A stretch of DNA of 64,000 nt from Planctomycetota bacterium. GTDB taxonomy: Bacteria; Planctomycetota; B15-G4; SIAN01. This document shows, one piece after another, positions 28,057-37,326 of the stretch; the stretch's first letter is position 1; each line of letters starts with the position of its first letter. The DNA is taken from NCBI GenBank assembly GCA_009691715.1, contig SIAN01000004.1, positions 13,101 to 77,100 of the forward strand. The letters run 5' to 3'. The notes under the pieces are model-generated. The model did no database searches. It saw only the letters and a program-made list of their open reading frames with translations, and was not told where the DNA came from. Made by a program: the position numbers and the translations under genes.

Positions 28057-29217
28057 TTGTCGATGTTGTCGCGTTCCGCGAGCGCAGCCCTGATCCTGTC
28101 CCTAGTCGGCGCCACGATCGCGTCGGCCCAGACACCCGCCCCGACCGATCAGGGCACGCCACCGGCCGCACCGGCCGCGGCGCCAGCAGCAGCAGCGCCG
28201 CAGGCCGCGCCGCAAGGCTCCCCGCGCCACACCGCGACGGTCACGCTCGGAACGGCGACGCTCACGCTCGAGCACGGCCAGCCGCCATGGAACGATCAAC
28301 GACTCGGCCAGATGGCGCAGATGGCGCAGCAGGGTCAGGCGTGGCGCATGGGCTCGGAGGGTGCGACGACCCTCGAAGTGACCGGCGGGCCAGTCTTCTT
28401 CGGCGACGAGCTGGTCCAGCCAGGTCGCTATGGCATGAACCTGCAGCCGGCGGGCGAAAACGCCTTCAGCTTCGTCGTGTTCGAGCCGCTCCACCTCGAT
28501 CAATCGCCGCAGATGCTCGGCGATGAGCCGAACCAGCTGATTCCGACCGTGTTCAAGGGCGACGCGGCCGATCTCACGCCAGCGCTGGTGCTCGACTTCG
28601 TCGCGGCCGGTGATACCGCGGCCTGCACACTGTCGTGGGGCCCGCTGCGTGCGAGCGCGCCGTTGGCGGCCGCCGGCATCTCGACGGCCGAGATCGAGCT
28701 GAACGGCAACCCGACGGACACCACTTGGTACCGCCGCGCGCTCGCCGAGGGCTTCGACTGCTCCAAGCCGATGATCGCCGGCAAGATCGACTTCGCGATC
28801 GACGAGCAGGATTGCTCGATGAACGTCTACGTCATGCTCGAAGGCGACCAACTCGTCGCCGTCATGCGCAATCGCGAACGCGAACAGGCCGAGGCGCAGA
28901 CCCTGTCGCTCGAAGAAGGCATGAAGCGATTCGACGCGGCGATCCAGCAGTTCGGCGAGCTGGCGGCGGCGCAGATCGCGCCGTTGAAGCGGCAGGCACA
29001 GCGTCAGCTCGTGAAGAACGAGCTGACGCTCGAGGACACCGTGAACCTCCCCGACAACTTGAAGTTCTCGGCACCGTGCGAGGCCGGCAAACCGGGCGCA
29101 CTGGCCTGCGAGATCTTCCAGACGCGCCGTTCGATCAATCTCGAGGTGCTGCTCGGCGGAAAGAAGGGCGTGATCCGGATCGACGAGAGCCTGTTCGCGC
29201 TGAAGAGCTCGTCCTGA
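28057..29217 (+). CDS. Secreted hypothetical protein
   Basis: A strong AAGGAGG SD precedes the start. It has a signal peptide (AALILSLVGATIASAQ) and a Pro/Ala-rich linker, with no recognisable domain. Confidence 0.55.
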   Translation: MSMLSRSASAALILSLVGATIASAQTPAPTDQGTPPAAPAAAPAAAAPQAAPQGSPRHTATVTLGTATLTLEHGQPPWNDQRLGQMAQMAQQGQAWRMGSEGATTLEVTGGPVFFGDELVQPGRYGMNLQPAGENAFSFVVFEPLHLDQSPQMLGDEPNQLIPTVFKGDAADLTPALVLDFVAAGDTAACTLSWGPLRASAPLAAAGISTAEIELNGNPTDTTWYRRALAEGFDCSKPMIAGKIDFAIDEQDCSMNVYVMLEGDQLVAVMRNREREQAEAQTLSLEEGMKRFDAAIQQFGELAAAQIAPLKRQAQRQLVKNELTLEDTVNLPDNLKFSAPCEAGKPGALACEIFQTRRSINLEVLLGGKKGVIRIDESLFALKSSS

Positions 29218-29240
29218 ATTGACGCTCCGAACGGCCGGAG

Positions 29241-30215
29241 TCACTCCGCCGGGTCGGTGGGTCCGTCGATCGCGCGCTCCTCGCGTGCGAGCAGATCGGG
29301 GCGCACGAGGCGCCAGAAGGTGGCCGGGACGTGGCGGAGCTTCCGCCGCAGCCCGGCCATCTGCGCTTTCAGGCGCGCCACGGCCAGCTGCGACGGCGTC
29401 GCCAGCGGACCTGCGGGCACATATCCGTGCTGCGAAAGCGCCTTGCCAGCAACGTGCTCGACCACCGCGATTTCGTCTTGCGTGAGCTCGCTGCGCCAGC
29501 GTTCGACACGGGACTTCTCAAGCGCGCCCTGCGCCCGGTCAAACCACCAGCGATCGGTCTTCTTCGCACTCGTCTCGAGCATCGCGGGCTCGAAGGCGAC
29601 ACCGACGAAGGCGCAAAGTCGTTCGAGTGCGCTGTCCGGCGCCGCGACCACGTCTTCGTAGCGGACGCGCAGAAAGCGCGGGTCGGCGGAGCACGCCTCG
29701 GCTCCCATGACGCAGGCGTTCCACGTCTGCGCATCTCCGAGCCGGCTGCCGCTGCCCCATGGCATGCGCTTCAGCGATGCGACGACGTCACGCGGATCGC
29801 GAACCAGATGGATCAGCCGCGCTTCGGGATACCAGTCGAGCAGCGTCCTGCTGGAGAGCGCGTGCTGCGGCGTCTTCTCGCCGCCGATCGGCTTGCCCTG
29901 CGCGCGCGAATAGAAGCGCAGCAGCGCCGCGAAAAACGCCGGATAGCTCACCGCCTCTTGCTGCAGGCAACCGCGCAACGCAGCGAGGTCGAGGCCGAGG
30001 CGGAGGATCCGGCGCGTCTCCAAGAACCGGTCGATTGCCCGCGCGCGACGCGCCGGATCGGCGAGGTCGCCGAAGACGCGCTGCCGTTGCGCCACCCAGT
30101 AGACGAAAAACGTCTCGTCGCAGAGCCCGATGCGCGAATGACGGTTCAGCATCGCCCGCAGCAGAGTCGTCCCGCTGCGCGGTGCGCCGACCACGAAGAG
30201 CAGCGGCTCGGCCAT
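29241..30215 (-). CDS. PAPS-dependent sulfotransferase
   Basis: The 5'-PSB motif FVVGAPRSGTT and the 3'-PB motif LIHLVRDPRDVVAS are present. The start ATG overlaps the stop of the upstream flippase gene (ATGA). Confidence 0.8.
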   Translation of the reverse strand: MAEPLLFVVGAPRSGTTLLRAMLNRHSRIGLCDETFFVYWVAQRQRVFGDLADPARRARAIDRFLETRRILRLGLDLAALRGCLQQEAVSYPAFFAALLRFYSRAQGKPIGGEKTPQHALSSRTLLDWYPEARLIHLVRDPRDVVASLKRMPWGSGSRLGDAQTWNACVMGAEACSADPRFLRVRYEDVVAAPDSALERLCAFVGVAFEPAMLETSAKKTDRWWFDRAQGALEKSRVERWRSELTQDEIAVVEHVAGKALSQHGYVPAGPLATPSQLAVARLKAQMAGLRRKLRHVPATFWRLVRPDLLAREERAIDGPTDPAE

Positions 30216-31486
30216 CACGCGCCTCCCGCGACTCGTCGCACCGGCAATGCCCGGTCGCGCCACGCCGCCGCGAATGCGGCGAGCGTCAGCAGCAGTCCAA
30301 ACCCTTCGGCCACAAGCAACGCCATCGCCGCACCGGCGACCCCAGACTGCCGCGTCCACCACGGGATCAGCGCCGCCAACGCGAGCGTGCCCGCCACCGA
30401 GCAGACGAGCTCGAGCCGGCTGCGACCGAACGCCAACAGCGTCATGCGCGCGTGGCCGCGGCAGGCCAGCAGGGGCAGCACCGCGACCAGCAGTCGCAGG
30501 CAGCTCGCGCTCTCCGCGTCGCAGAGCTCGGGCCGGAACAGGAGCCGCAGCAAGCCGTCGGCGTTCGCCGCGACGCAGAGCGCCAGCGCCAGCGTGCCGC
30601 CGACCGCGATCGCGGTCGACCGCAGCAGCAGCGGCTTCAGGATCGCGCGCGGACCGCGGGCAGCGCGCGAAAGACCGGGAAAGAGATTGGTGAAGTACAT
30701 GGTGAGAACCGCCTGCAGCACCATCATCACGCGGTGCGCGACGGCATATCGGCCCACCGCCTCCTTCGGAACGAGGTGCCAGAGCAGCAGCGTCGCCAGG
30801 AACATGCGCAGCGCCCAGAGCAGCTGCGACACTCCCATCGGCGCCGCCTCGCGCAGCATGGCCGTCGCTCCAGGCGCAGGACCGATCGCAGATCGGCCGC
30901 CGATGCGCCCGCGGCGCCACGCCCACTGCGCCAGCAGCGCCGCACCGCCGACCGCCACCACTTCGAGCCACGGCAATCGAGCGAGGTCGCCGCTGCTGCG
31001 GACGAGCGCGGCGGTGAGCAGCAGGAAGAGCCCCTGGCGCAGGACGCCGGGCGCCGCGATCCAGTGCATCGCACCGCGTCCCTGGAACGCCCACGGCACC
31101 AGCCACGGCAGCAGAAGCAGGGAGGCGGCGTAGACCGGGAGCAACGTGCCAAGCTCCGGCCCCAGCCAGCCAGCGGCGCGCGCCAACCATGCGAGCGCAA
31201 CGAGCAGCACGGCCGCGCCGCACTGCAGACGCAGCACCGTCGGCGCGAGGCGCTGCTCCGCCGTCGGATCGCGCGCCACCTCGCGCGCCGCCAGCAGCGG
31301 AAAGCCGAGCTCGACGAAGAGCGCGGCGAACATCATGGCCGACAGCGACACCTCGACAGCGGCGTAGTCCGCAGGCGCGAGCCGGTTCGAGAGCAGCCAG
31401 ATCGCCACGAACGACAGCAGCCGCTGCGCTCCCTCGCCGGTCAGCAGCACGAAGAGCCCGCGCATCGATGCGAAGCGGGGTTGCAT
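30215..31486 (-). CDS. Polysaccharide flippase (Wzx/MOP-family polysaccharide biosynthesis protein)
   Basis: It has about 12 predicted TM helices. The layout is typical of oligosaccharide-unit flippases. Confidence 0.6.
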   Translation of the reverse strand: MQPRFASMRGLFVLLTGEGAQRLLSFVAIWLLSNRLAPADYAAVEVSLSAMMFAALFVELGFPLLAAREVARDPTAEQRLAPTVLRLQCGAAVLLVALAWLARAAGWLGPELGTLLPVYAASLLLLPWLVPWAFQGRGAMHWIAAPGVLRQGLFLLLTAALVRSSGDLARLPWLEVVAVGGAALLAQWAWRRGRIGGRSAIGPAPGATAMLREAAPMGVSQLLWALRMFLATLLLWHLVPKEAVGRYAVAHRVMMVLQAVLTMYFTNLFPGLSRAARGPRAILKPLLLRSTAIAVGGTLALALCVAANADGLLRLLFRPELCDAESASCLRLLVAVLPLLACRGHARMTLLAFGRSRLELVCSVAGTLALAALIPWWTRQSGVAGAAMALLVAEGFGLLLTLAAFAAAWRDRALPVRRVAGGA

Positions 31487-31489
31487 CGC

Positions 31490-32632
31490 TCAGCCGGAGC
31501 CGGCGCGGCCGGTGATGAGCGCGCGAGCGACGGGGGACTTCAGCAGCTCGTCCTTGAACCGCTCGAACAGCAGTTGGTAGCCCGCTGGATTCGGATGGTG
31601 GTCGATGTCGCTCACGCGCAGCGGGCGCAGATCAGGTACGTCGGCGAAGGTCGACACCAAGTCGAGCGTCACGATCCCGCGCTCGCCCAGCGCCGCGCGC
31701 GCGGGCTCGAAACGCGCCTCAAGCCGCGCCACCTCGCCGACCGCCGGCAGCAGCACGACCGCCAGCTCCGCCCCACCCGCGCGGCAGCTCTGCTGCATGG
31801 TTGCGAGCGCCCAGCGCACGAACTCGTCGCTGAAGGGAGCCAGCTTGGCGTCGGTCACGGTCGGAGCGTCGTCCTGCTTCAGTGCGGCACGCGCCGCCAG
31901 TTCGCGCAAGTACGGGTATTCGAGGTCGATGCCGTCGTGCACGAGGCACGCCAGATGGTGGCCCCAGATGCGCGTGACCGACAGGTCGGAGAGGCCGACC
32001 ACCACGACGTCGGGATGGAACCGCGGCAACGCCTCCTCGACCACCTTCACGAACTGCGTGGTGCGGTAGCCCTCGACCGCGAGGTTCATCAGCTCGAAGC
32101 CGACGACACCGTCGCCGACCTGCGACTCGTTCAACCACCGCTCCACGTTGGGCTCGAGCGCCTGGCCGAACGGAGCACCGAGTCCGCGCGACAGCGAGTC
32201 GCCGACCCAGACGAGGCGGCGCACGCCCGGCGTGCGCGCCTCAGGGTAGTCGCGATCGAAGAGGCCGGCGCGGTTGGTCACGACCGTCGCCGTCGGATCC
32301 GCGGGATCACCCAGCGAAGGCTTCGGCCGATAGAGCAGGAACGACTCGAGCCGCTCCTGCGTCGACCCGCGTGCCAGCGCCTTGTCCCACAGATCGTCGG
32401 TGTTGCCGGCGTGGATCGTGTCGCGGCTCGCGTTCAGCAGTTCGTCGTAGTAGCCGGCCAGCAGCCCGAGTTCGTCGTCGGCATTCGCGCCGTGGTAGAC
32501 CCACTCGCGCACTTCGCGCTGGATCGCCTTCGGGATCGCGGTGATTCCATTGGCGGGGTGCGCGCGCTCCACCGCAAGCAACGCCAGCAGCGTGGCCGTC
32601 GAGGCGACCACCGACTTCGCGAACGGCGTCAC
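31490..32632 (-). CDS. SGNH/GDSL hydrolase-fold protein (DltD/AlgX-like transferase/esterase)
   Basis: It has a GDSL block VWVGDSLSRGLG and a distal catalytic block DHHPNPAGY. A GTG start overlaps the stop of the adenylating enzyme (GTGA). An N-terminal signal/TM anchor is present. Confidence 0.6.
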   Translation of the reverse strand: MTPFAKSVVASTATLLALLAVERAHPANGITAIPKAIQREVREWVYHGANADDELGLLAGYYDELLNASRDTIHAGNTDDLWDKALARGSTQERLESFLLYRPKPSLGDPADPTATVVTNRAGLFDRDYPEARTPGVRRLVWVGDSLSRGLGAPFGQALEPNVERWLNESQVGDGVVGFELMNLAVEGYRTTQFVKVVEEALPRFHPDVVVVGLSDLSVTRIWGHHLACLVHDGIDLEYPYLRELAARAALKQDDAPTVTDAKLAPFSDEFVRWALATMQQSCRAGGAELAVVLLPAVGEVARLEARFEPARAALGERGIVTLDLVSTFADVPDLRPLRVSDIDHHPNPAGYQLLFERFKDELLKSPVARALITGRAGSG

Positions 32633-34242
32633 GGCGACGGCTCCGACGACTTGGCCTTGAGCGCCTGGTAGTCGACTTTTTCGGTCGAGGTGCGCGGCAG
32701 CGTGGCGTGGAACACGAAGCGATCGGGGCTCATGTAGGGCGGCAGCGCGTCGGCGCACCACTTCTTCAGCGCGATGATCGACAGCGGCGGCGTGACCGGC
32801 GCGACGTGGGCGTCGATGCGGACGCCAGCGGCCGAGTCGGGCAGGGAGATCACCGCGGCCTCGCGTAGAGCTGGATTGCGTTGCAGCGCCGATTCGACCT
32901 CGCCGAGCTCGATCCGGTAGCCGCGCCGCTTGACCATGCGATCGCGGCGGCCGACGTAGACGAAGCCCTCGCCATCGACGTGACGGACGACATCGCCGGT
33001 GTTGTACCAGCGCCGACCCGCACGGGTCTGGAACACGTTCGCGTCGAGGTCGGGCCGCCCGAAGTAGCCCTGGAACAGCGACGGTCCCGCGATCCAGAGC
33101 AGCCCCTCCGCGCCCTTCGCGACCTCGACCTGCTGTTCGTCGAGGACCAGCCCATCGCAGTGCGAGCAGAGCGGCCCGATCGGGTAGGGCCGCGTGCGCT
33201 CGTCGGGTACCGGCAGCGGGATCTCGGCGTAGTTGCAGACGTTGGTCTCGGTCGGTCCGTAGAGATTCCAGTAGCGCGGTCGCGGAAGGAGTCGCGTCAG
33301 CCGGCGCAGTCCCGGCACCGGGAAGACCTCGCCCGCGAAGAGCACGTGGCGCAGCGCCGAGAGATCGAGCGTGTCGAGCTGCCCGAACTCCGCCATCAAC
33401 GACAGCACCGACGGCGTCGAGTACCAGATCGTGAGGCGCCGGTCAGCGGCGAAGCGCGCCAGCGCCTTCGGGTCCTTGCCGAGCTCCTCGCCCACTAGAT
33501 GGAGCGTCGCGCCGTGCTTCAGCGCCACGTAGAGGTCGAAGATCGACAGGTCGAAATGGAACGGCGCGTGGCTGGAGAAGCGATCGTCCGCGGTCGGCGC
33601 GTAGAGCTCGCTGCACCAATCGACGAACGAAAGCGCGTTCTCGTGGGTGAGCGTCACGCCCTTGGGCACGCCGGTCGAGCCGGAGGTGTAGAGGATGTAC
33701 GCGAGGTCGTCGCGGCGGCGAGGGGATGCCAGCTCGGCGAGCGGCGCGTGCGCCAGCGCGGCGGCGAAGTCGTGCGCGCCTAGCGGGAACGGATGCATGA
33801 CGTTGGCGTGCGCCGCGGCGGAGCCCGTGGCGCTCATCGGCACGCGCACGAGCAGTTTCGGCAGCGTTCCAGCCGGCCACTCCGCGAGCACGTCGTGGCG
33901 CGCCTCGCCGAGGAACAGCGCCGCCACCTTCCCATCGCGGTGAATCGTCGCGTTGCGCGCGGCCGGTCCGTGCCAGTCGACCGGCACGTAGCCGGCGCGC
34001 GCCTTCATCGCACCGAACAGCACCGTGACGCTCGCCAGGCCCTTCGGCAGGCAGAAACCGACACGATCGCCTGGCACCACGCCGTGCGCGCGCAGGAACC
34101 CCGCGACTCGCGAGGCCGCAAGGTCGAGCTCGCCGTAGGTGAGCGTGCGGCCGTCGGGCGCGACGATCGCGATGCGTCCTGGGTCGCGCCTTGCGGACGC
34201 CTCAAGCAGGTCGGCGAGGCTCGCAGTGGCGGCGCCGGCCAT
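32629..34242 (-). CDS. Carrier-protein-dependent adenylating enzyme (DltA-like AMP-binding ligase)
   Basis: It contains the A-domain core motifs LAYILYTSGSTGVPKGV (A3), NLYGPTE (A5), YNTGD and GRRDRMVKRRGYRIELGEVE (A8). The start was verified at MAGAATAS. Confidence 0.8.
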   Translation of the reverse strand: MAGAATASLADLLEASARRDPGRIAIVAPDGRTLTYGELDLAASRVAGFLRAHGVVPGDRVGFCLPKGLASVTVLFGAMKARAGYVPVDWHGPAARNATIHRDGKVAALFLGEARHDVLAEWPAGTLPKLLVRVPMSATGSAAAHANVMHPFPLGAHDFAAALAHAPLAELASPRRRDDLAYILYTSGSTGVPKGVTLTHENALSFVDWCSELYAPTADDRFSSHAPFHFDLSIFDLYVALKHGATLHLVGEELGKDPKALARFAADRRLTIWYSTPSVLSLMAEFGQLDTLDLSALRHVLFAGEVFPVPGLRRLTRLLPRPRYWNLYGPTETNVCNYAEIPLPVPDERTRPYPIGPLCSHCDGLVLDEQQVEVAKGAEGLLWIAGPSLFQGYFGRPDLDANVFQTRAGRRWYNTGDVVRHVDGEGFVYVGRRDRMVKRRGYRIELGEVESALQRNPALREAAVISLPDSAAGVRIDAHVAPVTPPLSIIALKKWCADALPPYMSPDRFVFHATLPRTSTEKVDYQALKAKSSEPSP

Positions 34243-34246
34243 CGCC

Positions 34247-34534
34247 TCACGTCCCCCGCTTGCGCCGCACCAGCGCCGCGATGTCGGCGATGCGGTCGAA
34301 GTGCTCGACGCCGGCTTCATGCGCCTCGACTTCGATCGAGAAGCGTTGCTCGACGAACGACACGACCTTCAGCGTCGCCACCGAATCGAGGATGCCGCCG
34401 GTGCGCAGCGGCGTGTCGTCGCGCAGATTGGCGGCGCTCTCGCCCGGCAGGAACTCCGCCAAGATGAAGCGCCGCAGCTCGTCGGCGATCTCGACGGATG
34501 GGTCGCCGGGCTGATTCTTGTTGGTCGTGTTCAT
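34247..34534 (-). CDS. Acyl/aminoacyl carrier protein (DltC-like)
   Basis: The 95-aa protein carries the phosphopantetheine attachment motif GGILDSVATLKVVSFVE. It lies 4 nt upstream of the adenylating enzyme. Confidence 0.75.
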   Translation of the reverse strand: MNTTNKNQPGDPSVEIADELRRFILAEFLPGESAANLRDDTPLRTGGILDSVATLKVVSFVEQRFSIEVEAHEAGVEHFDRIADIAALVRRKRGT

Positions 34535-34609
34535 GGGGCGGTGATTCTGCGGGTTGGTGGTGGCGCGGGCAATCGTCGTCCCGCGCTGCGTCGCCGTCCG
34601 CGGCCGCGG

Positions 34610-35923
34610 TCAGCCGACCTTCCACCAGGTCAGCAGCTCGATCCAGGCCGCGAACGACTGCGCGTTCCACATCGACCAAAGGACGGTCAGGAGTGTGAGC
34701 GTGCCGGCGATTCCGAGCGCCCGGCGCACTCCGGTCGGCGCCGCGGCTCCGCTGCCGCGGCGCAGTTCGAACGCGAGGTTCACCATCACCAGCACGCCCA
34801 AGATCGACCAGAAGGCGACGTCGGTCGAGCGCAGCAGGAACCTGCCGGTCAGGAAGAAGGTCTGCGCCGCATGCAGGAACCAGGTGACGACGAAGACCAG
34901 CGCGGTGGCCTGGATCTGCGCCCGCTTGTCGCCCAACTTGCGCCAGCGGAAGTAGGCCGGGAACCAGACCAGCTTCACCATGAAGTCCTTCCAGTAGATG
35001 TTGATCCGGCGCCAGAAGTCGGTCAGCGATGACGAAAGCAGCCAGCTCCGATGCGTCGGCGGCAGGTCGTAGCCGAACAGATGCAGCAGCCCGATCACGA
35101 AGTGGAAGGTGCCCGACAGGCGCAGGTAGAGCAGGTAGACCCGTGCCATGCAGACCAGCAGCGCGCCGAGGCTGGTGATCTCGTACGGATCGGCGTTCCA
35201 TTCGGTCGCGTTGTAGAGACGCAGGTAGATCAGCAGTTGCACCAGCCCGCGCGTCATCGAGGCGACGCCCTCCTGCGCGATCAGGTTCTGGTCGCGAGCC
35301 AGGAAGCTCTTCTTCAGCGTGTGGAAGTCCACGACCGGGAAGAGCAGGCAGCCCCAGTTCGGCAGCATGAAGCAGTAGGCGAGGAACTCCGAGAGCGCCG
35401 GCGGCTCCTTCATGTGGCGCCGGTCGTAGAGCCAGATCGGCAGCCGGAACAGGAACAGCGAACCGACCAGCGGCCAGAGTTCGTCGGGCAGGCCGGGCAG
35501 CCAGGCGGCGCGGCCGGCGACACAGGGAGCCGCAAGCAGCAGCGTCCACGTCACGCGCCAGCGCTGCGGCATCGCGCTGCGGCCGATCGCAAAGAAGCCG
35601 AGGCCGAGCGCAATCAGCAGCGCACCCGTCAGCGGTCCGGCGATCCACGGCAGCGCCGCCAGCGACAGCAGAACCCAGAACGGCTCCTTAAGCCGCAACG
35701 GCAGCCAATAGTGCAGCGCGAACCCGCCGGCCGATGCGACGCTCACGCGCCAGAAGCCTTCGCCGAAGAGCTCGTGCAGCTTGAACGCGCGAAACACCAC
35801 GAGCAGCAGCGCGATCTCGGCGACGAGGACGGCGAACGTGCGCGGATCGCGGCGGCAGCGCTGAGCGCGCGCGATGTCCAACGCGCTCGCGCTGGCGTCG
35901 ACCGAACCGGTCGCCACACTCAC
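34610..35923 (-). CDS. MBOAT-family membrane-bound O-acyltransferase (DltB/AlgI-like)
   Basis: It is a multi-TM protein with the FWRRINIYWKDFM motif characteristic of MBOAT (cf. FWRRWHISL) and a conserved His. A GTG start overlaps the acyl-CoA dehydrogenase stop (GTGA). Confidence 0.75.
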   Translation of the reverse strand: MSVATGSVDASASALDIARAQRCRRDPRTFAVLVAEIALLLVVFRAFKLHELFGEGFWRVSVASAGGFALHYWLPLRLKEPFWVLLSLAALPWIAGPLTGALLIALGLGFFAIGRSAMPQRWRVTWTLLLAAPCVAGRAAWLPGLPDELWPLVGSLFLFRLPIWLYDRRHMKEPPALSEFLAYCFMLPNWGCLLFPVVDFHTLKKSFLARDQNLIAQEGVASMTRGLVQLLIYLRLYNATEWNADPYEITSLGALLVCMARVYLLYLRLSGTFHFVIGLLHLFGYDLPPTHRSWLLSSSLTDFWRRINIYWKDFMVKLVWFPAYFRWRKLGDKRAQIQATALVFVVTWFLHAAQTFFLTGRFLLRSTDVAFWSILGVLVMVNLAFELRRGSGAAAPTGVRRALGIAGTLTLLTVLWSMWNAQSFAAWIELLTWWKVG

Positions 35924-37065
35924 AGACCGAGCCCGCGGGCGATCAGGTTGCGCTGGATCTCGCTGGTCCCGGAATAAAGCGTGCTGCCGACCGCGTCGCG
36001 CAGCTCGCGCTCGAGCTCGTACTCGGTCATGTAGCCGTAGCCGCCGAAAACCTGGATCGCGTCGAGGCCATTCTTCACGAAGCAGTCGGAGACGTGCAGC
36101 TTGGCCAGCGCCGCCTCAACCGTGCAGTCGCGCCCCGCCTCCTTCATCCGTCCGATCCGGTAGACGAGCGGGCGGCAGGTGTCGATCCGCAGGCGCATGT
36201 CGACCATCCGGTTGGCGACCGACTGGAACTTGCCGATCGCCTGGCCGAACTGCCGGCGCTGGCGGGCGTGGGCCACGCAGCGCTCGAGCTGGCGACGCAT
36301 CACGCCGAGGCAACTGGCGAGGATGCAGCCGCGCTCCCACTCCATCGACGACTCGAACACCGCGACGCCACGCCCTTCGCGGCCGAGCCGGTCGGCGACC
36401 GGCACGCGCACGCCTTCGAACACGACTTCCGCCATCGGCGAGGTGCGCAGCCCCAGCTTCTCGATCTTCTTGCTGATCGTGACCCCCTTCGCATGGGCGT
36501 CGACGATGAAACCGGTCACCCCCATCGCGCCAAGCTTCGGGTCGATCGTGGCGTAGGCGACGATCACGTCGGCGACCGGCGCGTTGGTCACGAACATCTT
36601 GGTGCCGTCGAGCACGTAGACGTCGCCGTCGCGCCGCGCACGCGTCCGCATCGCGAAGACGTCGGAGCCGGAGTCGGGCTCGCTCGCACCATTGGCGCCG
36701 ACCTGCGAGCCGTCGATGAGGCCGGGCAGCCAGCGCGCGCGCTGCTCGGGCGTGCCCCACTGCACCAACGGCATCGTGTTGGTCCAGAGGTGCGCGTTCA
36801 ACGAGAACAGCAGCCCCTGATCCTTGGCACCGTAGCCGAGTCCCTCCATCACCGCGATCACCTCGGTGATCGGCAGCCCGAGCCCGCCAAGCTCCTTGGG
36901 CACCGGCATCGCCAGCACGCCGAATCCGGCGGCCGCCTTCCACGCCGCGCGATCGAACGTCTCGTCACGGTCGGCCGCGATCACGTCGCCCGCGAGGTGG
37001 CGGCGCGCGAAGTCGGCCGCGGCGTCGTGCCACTCGCGCTGCGCATCGTTGAATTCGAGGTCCAA
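35920..37065 (-). CDS. Acyl-CoA dehydrogenase family protein
   Basis: All three ACAD domains are recognisable: N-terminal helical, middle beta (GSDV...) and C-terminal helical (QVFGGYGYMTEYELERELRDA, SGTSEIQRNLIAR). Confidence 0.85.
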   Translation of the reverse strand: MDLEFNDAQREWHDAAADFARRHLAGDVIAADRDETFDRAAWKAAAGFGVLAMPVPKELGGLGLPITEVIAVMEGLGYGAKDQGLLFSLNAHLWTNTMPLVQWGTPEQRARWLPGLIDGSQVGANGASEPDSGSDVFAMRTRARRDGDVYVLDGTKMFVTNAPVADVIVAYATIDPKLGAMGVTGFIVDAHAKGVTISKKIEKLGLRTSPMAEVVFEGVRVPVADRLGREGRGVAVFESSMEWERGCILASCLGVMRRQLERCVAHARQRRQFGQAIGKFQSVANRMVDMRLRIDTCRPLVYRIGRMKEAGRDCTVEAALAKLHVSDCFVKNGLDAIQVFGGYGYMTEYELERELRDAVGSTLYSGTSEIQRNLIARGLGL

Positions 37066-37326
37066 GGGCGCTCCTCGGGCACAAGCGGTTCGTTCCCGCC
37101 ACGACCGGATGGGCGCCGCGTTTTAGCCGCAGCGGCGCCGCTTTCCCCGATCGGCGGGCCGGGTACCACGACTGCAGACGGCCGCGCCACTTCCGGGTGA
37201 AGGTCCGCATCGGCGTCGGTAACGAGCCCCCGAGTCGCCCGCAGCGTCTCGCGCCACCCGCCGTGCGGTCACGGTCGACAGGCGGCACGCCCGTTGCCGA
37301 CTGTCGCGAAACCCCGAGGCCCGATC

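Noticed and set aside
29331-32671. Long + strand ORFs (600 aa and 970 aa) across the sulfotransferase, flippase and SGNH genes
   Set aside because: These are extreme Arg/Ala/Pro low-complexity frames antisense to genes with diagnostic PAPS-binding and GDSL motifs.
34317-35648. 443-aa - strand ORF out of frame within the MBOAT gene
   Set aside because: It is the same strand but an alternative frame of a multi-TM MBOAT. Its product is Arg/Ala-rich with no TM helices. The MBOAT frame carries the FWRR motif.
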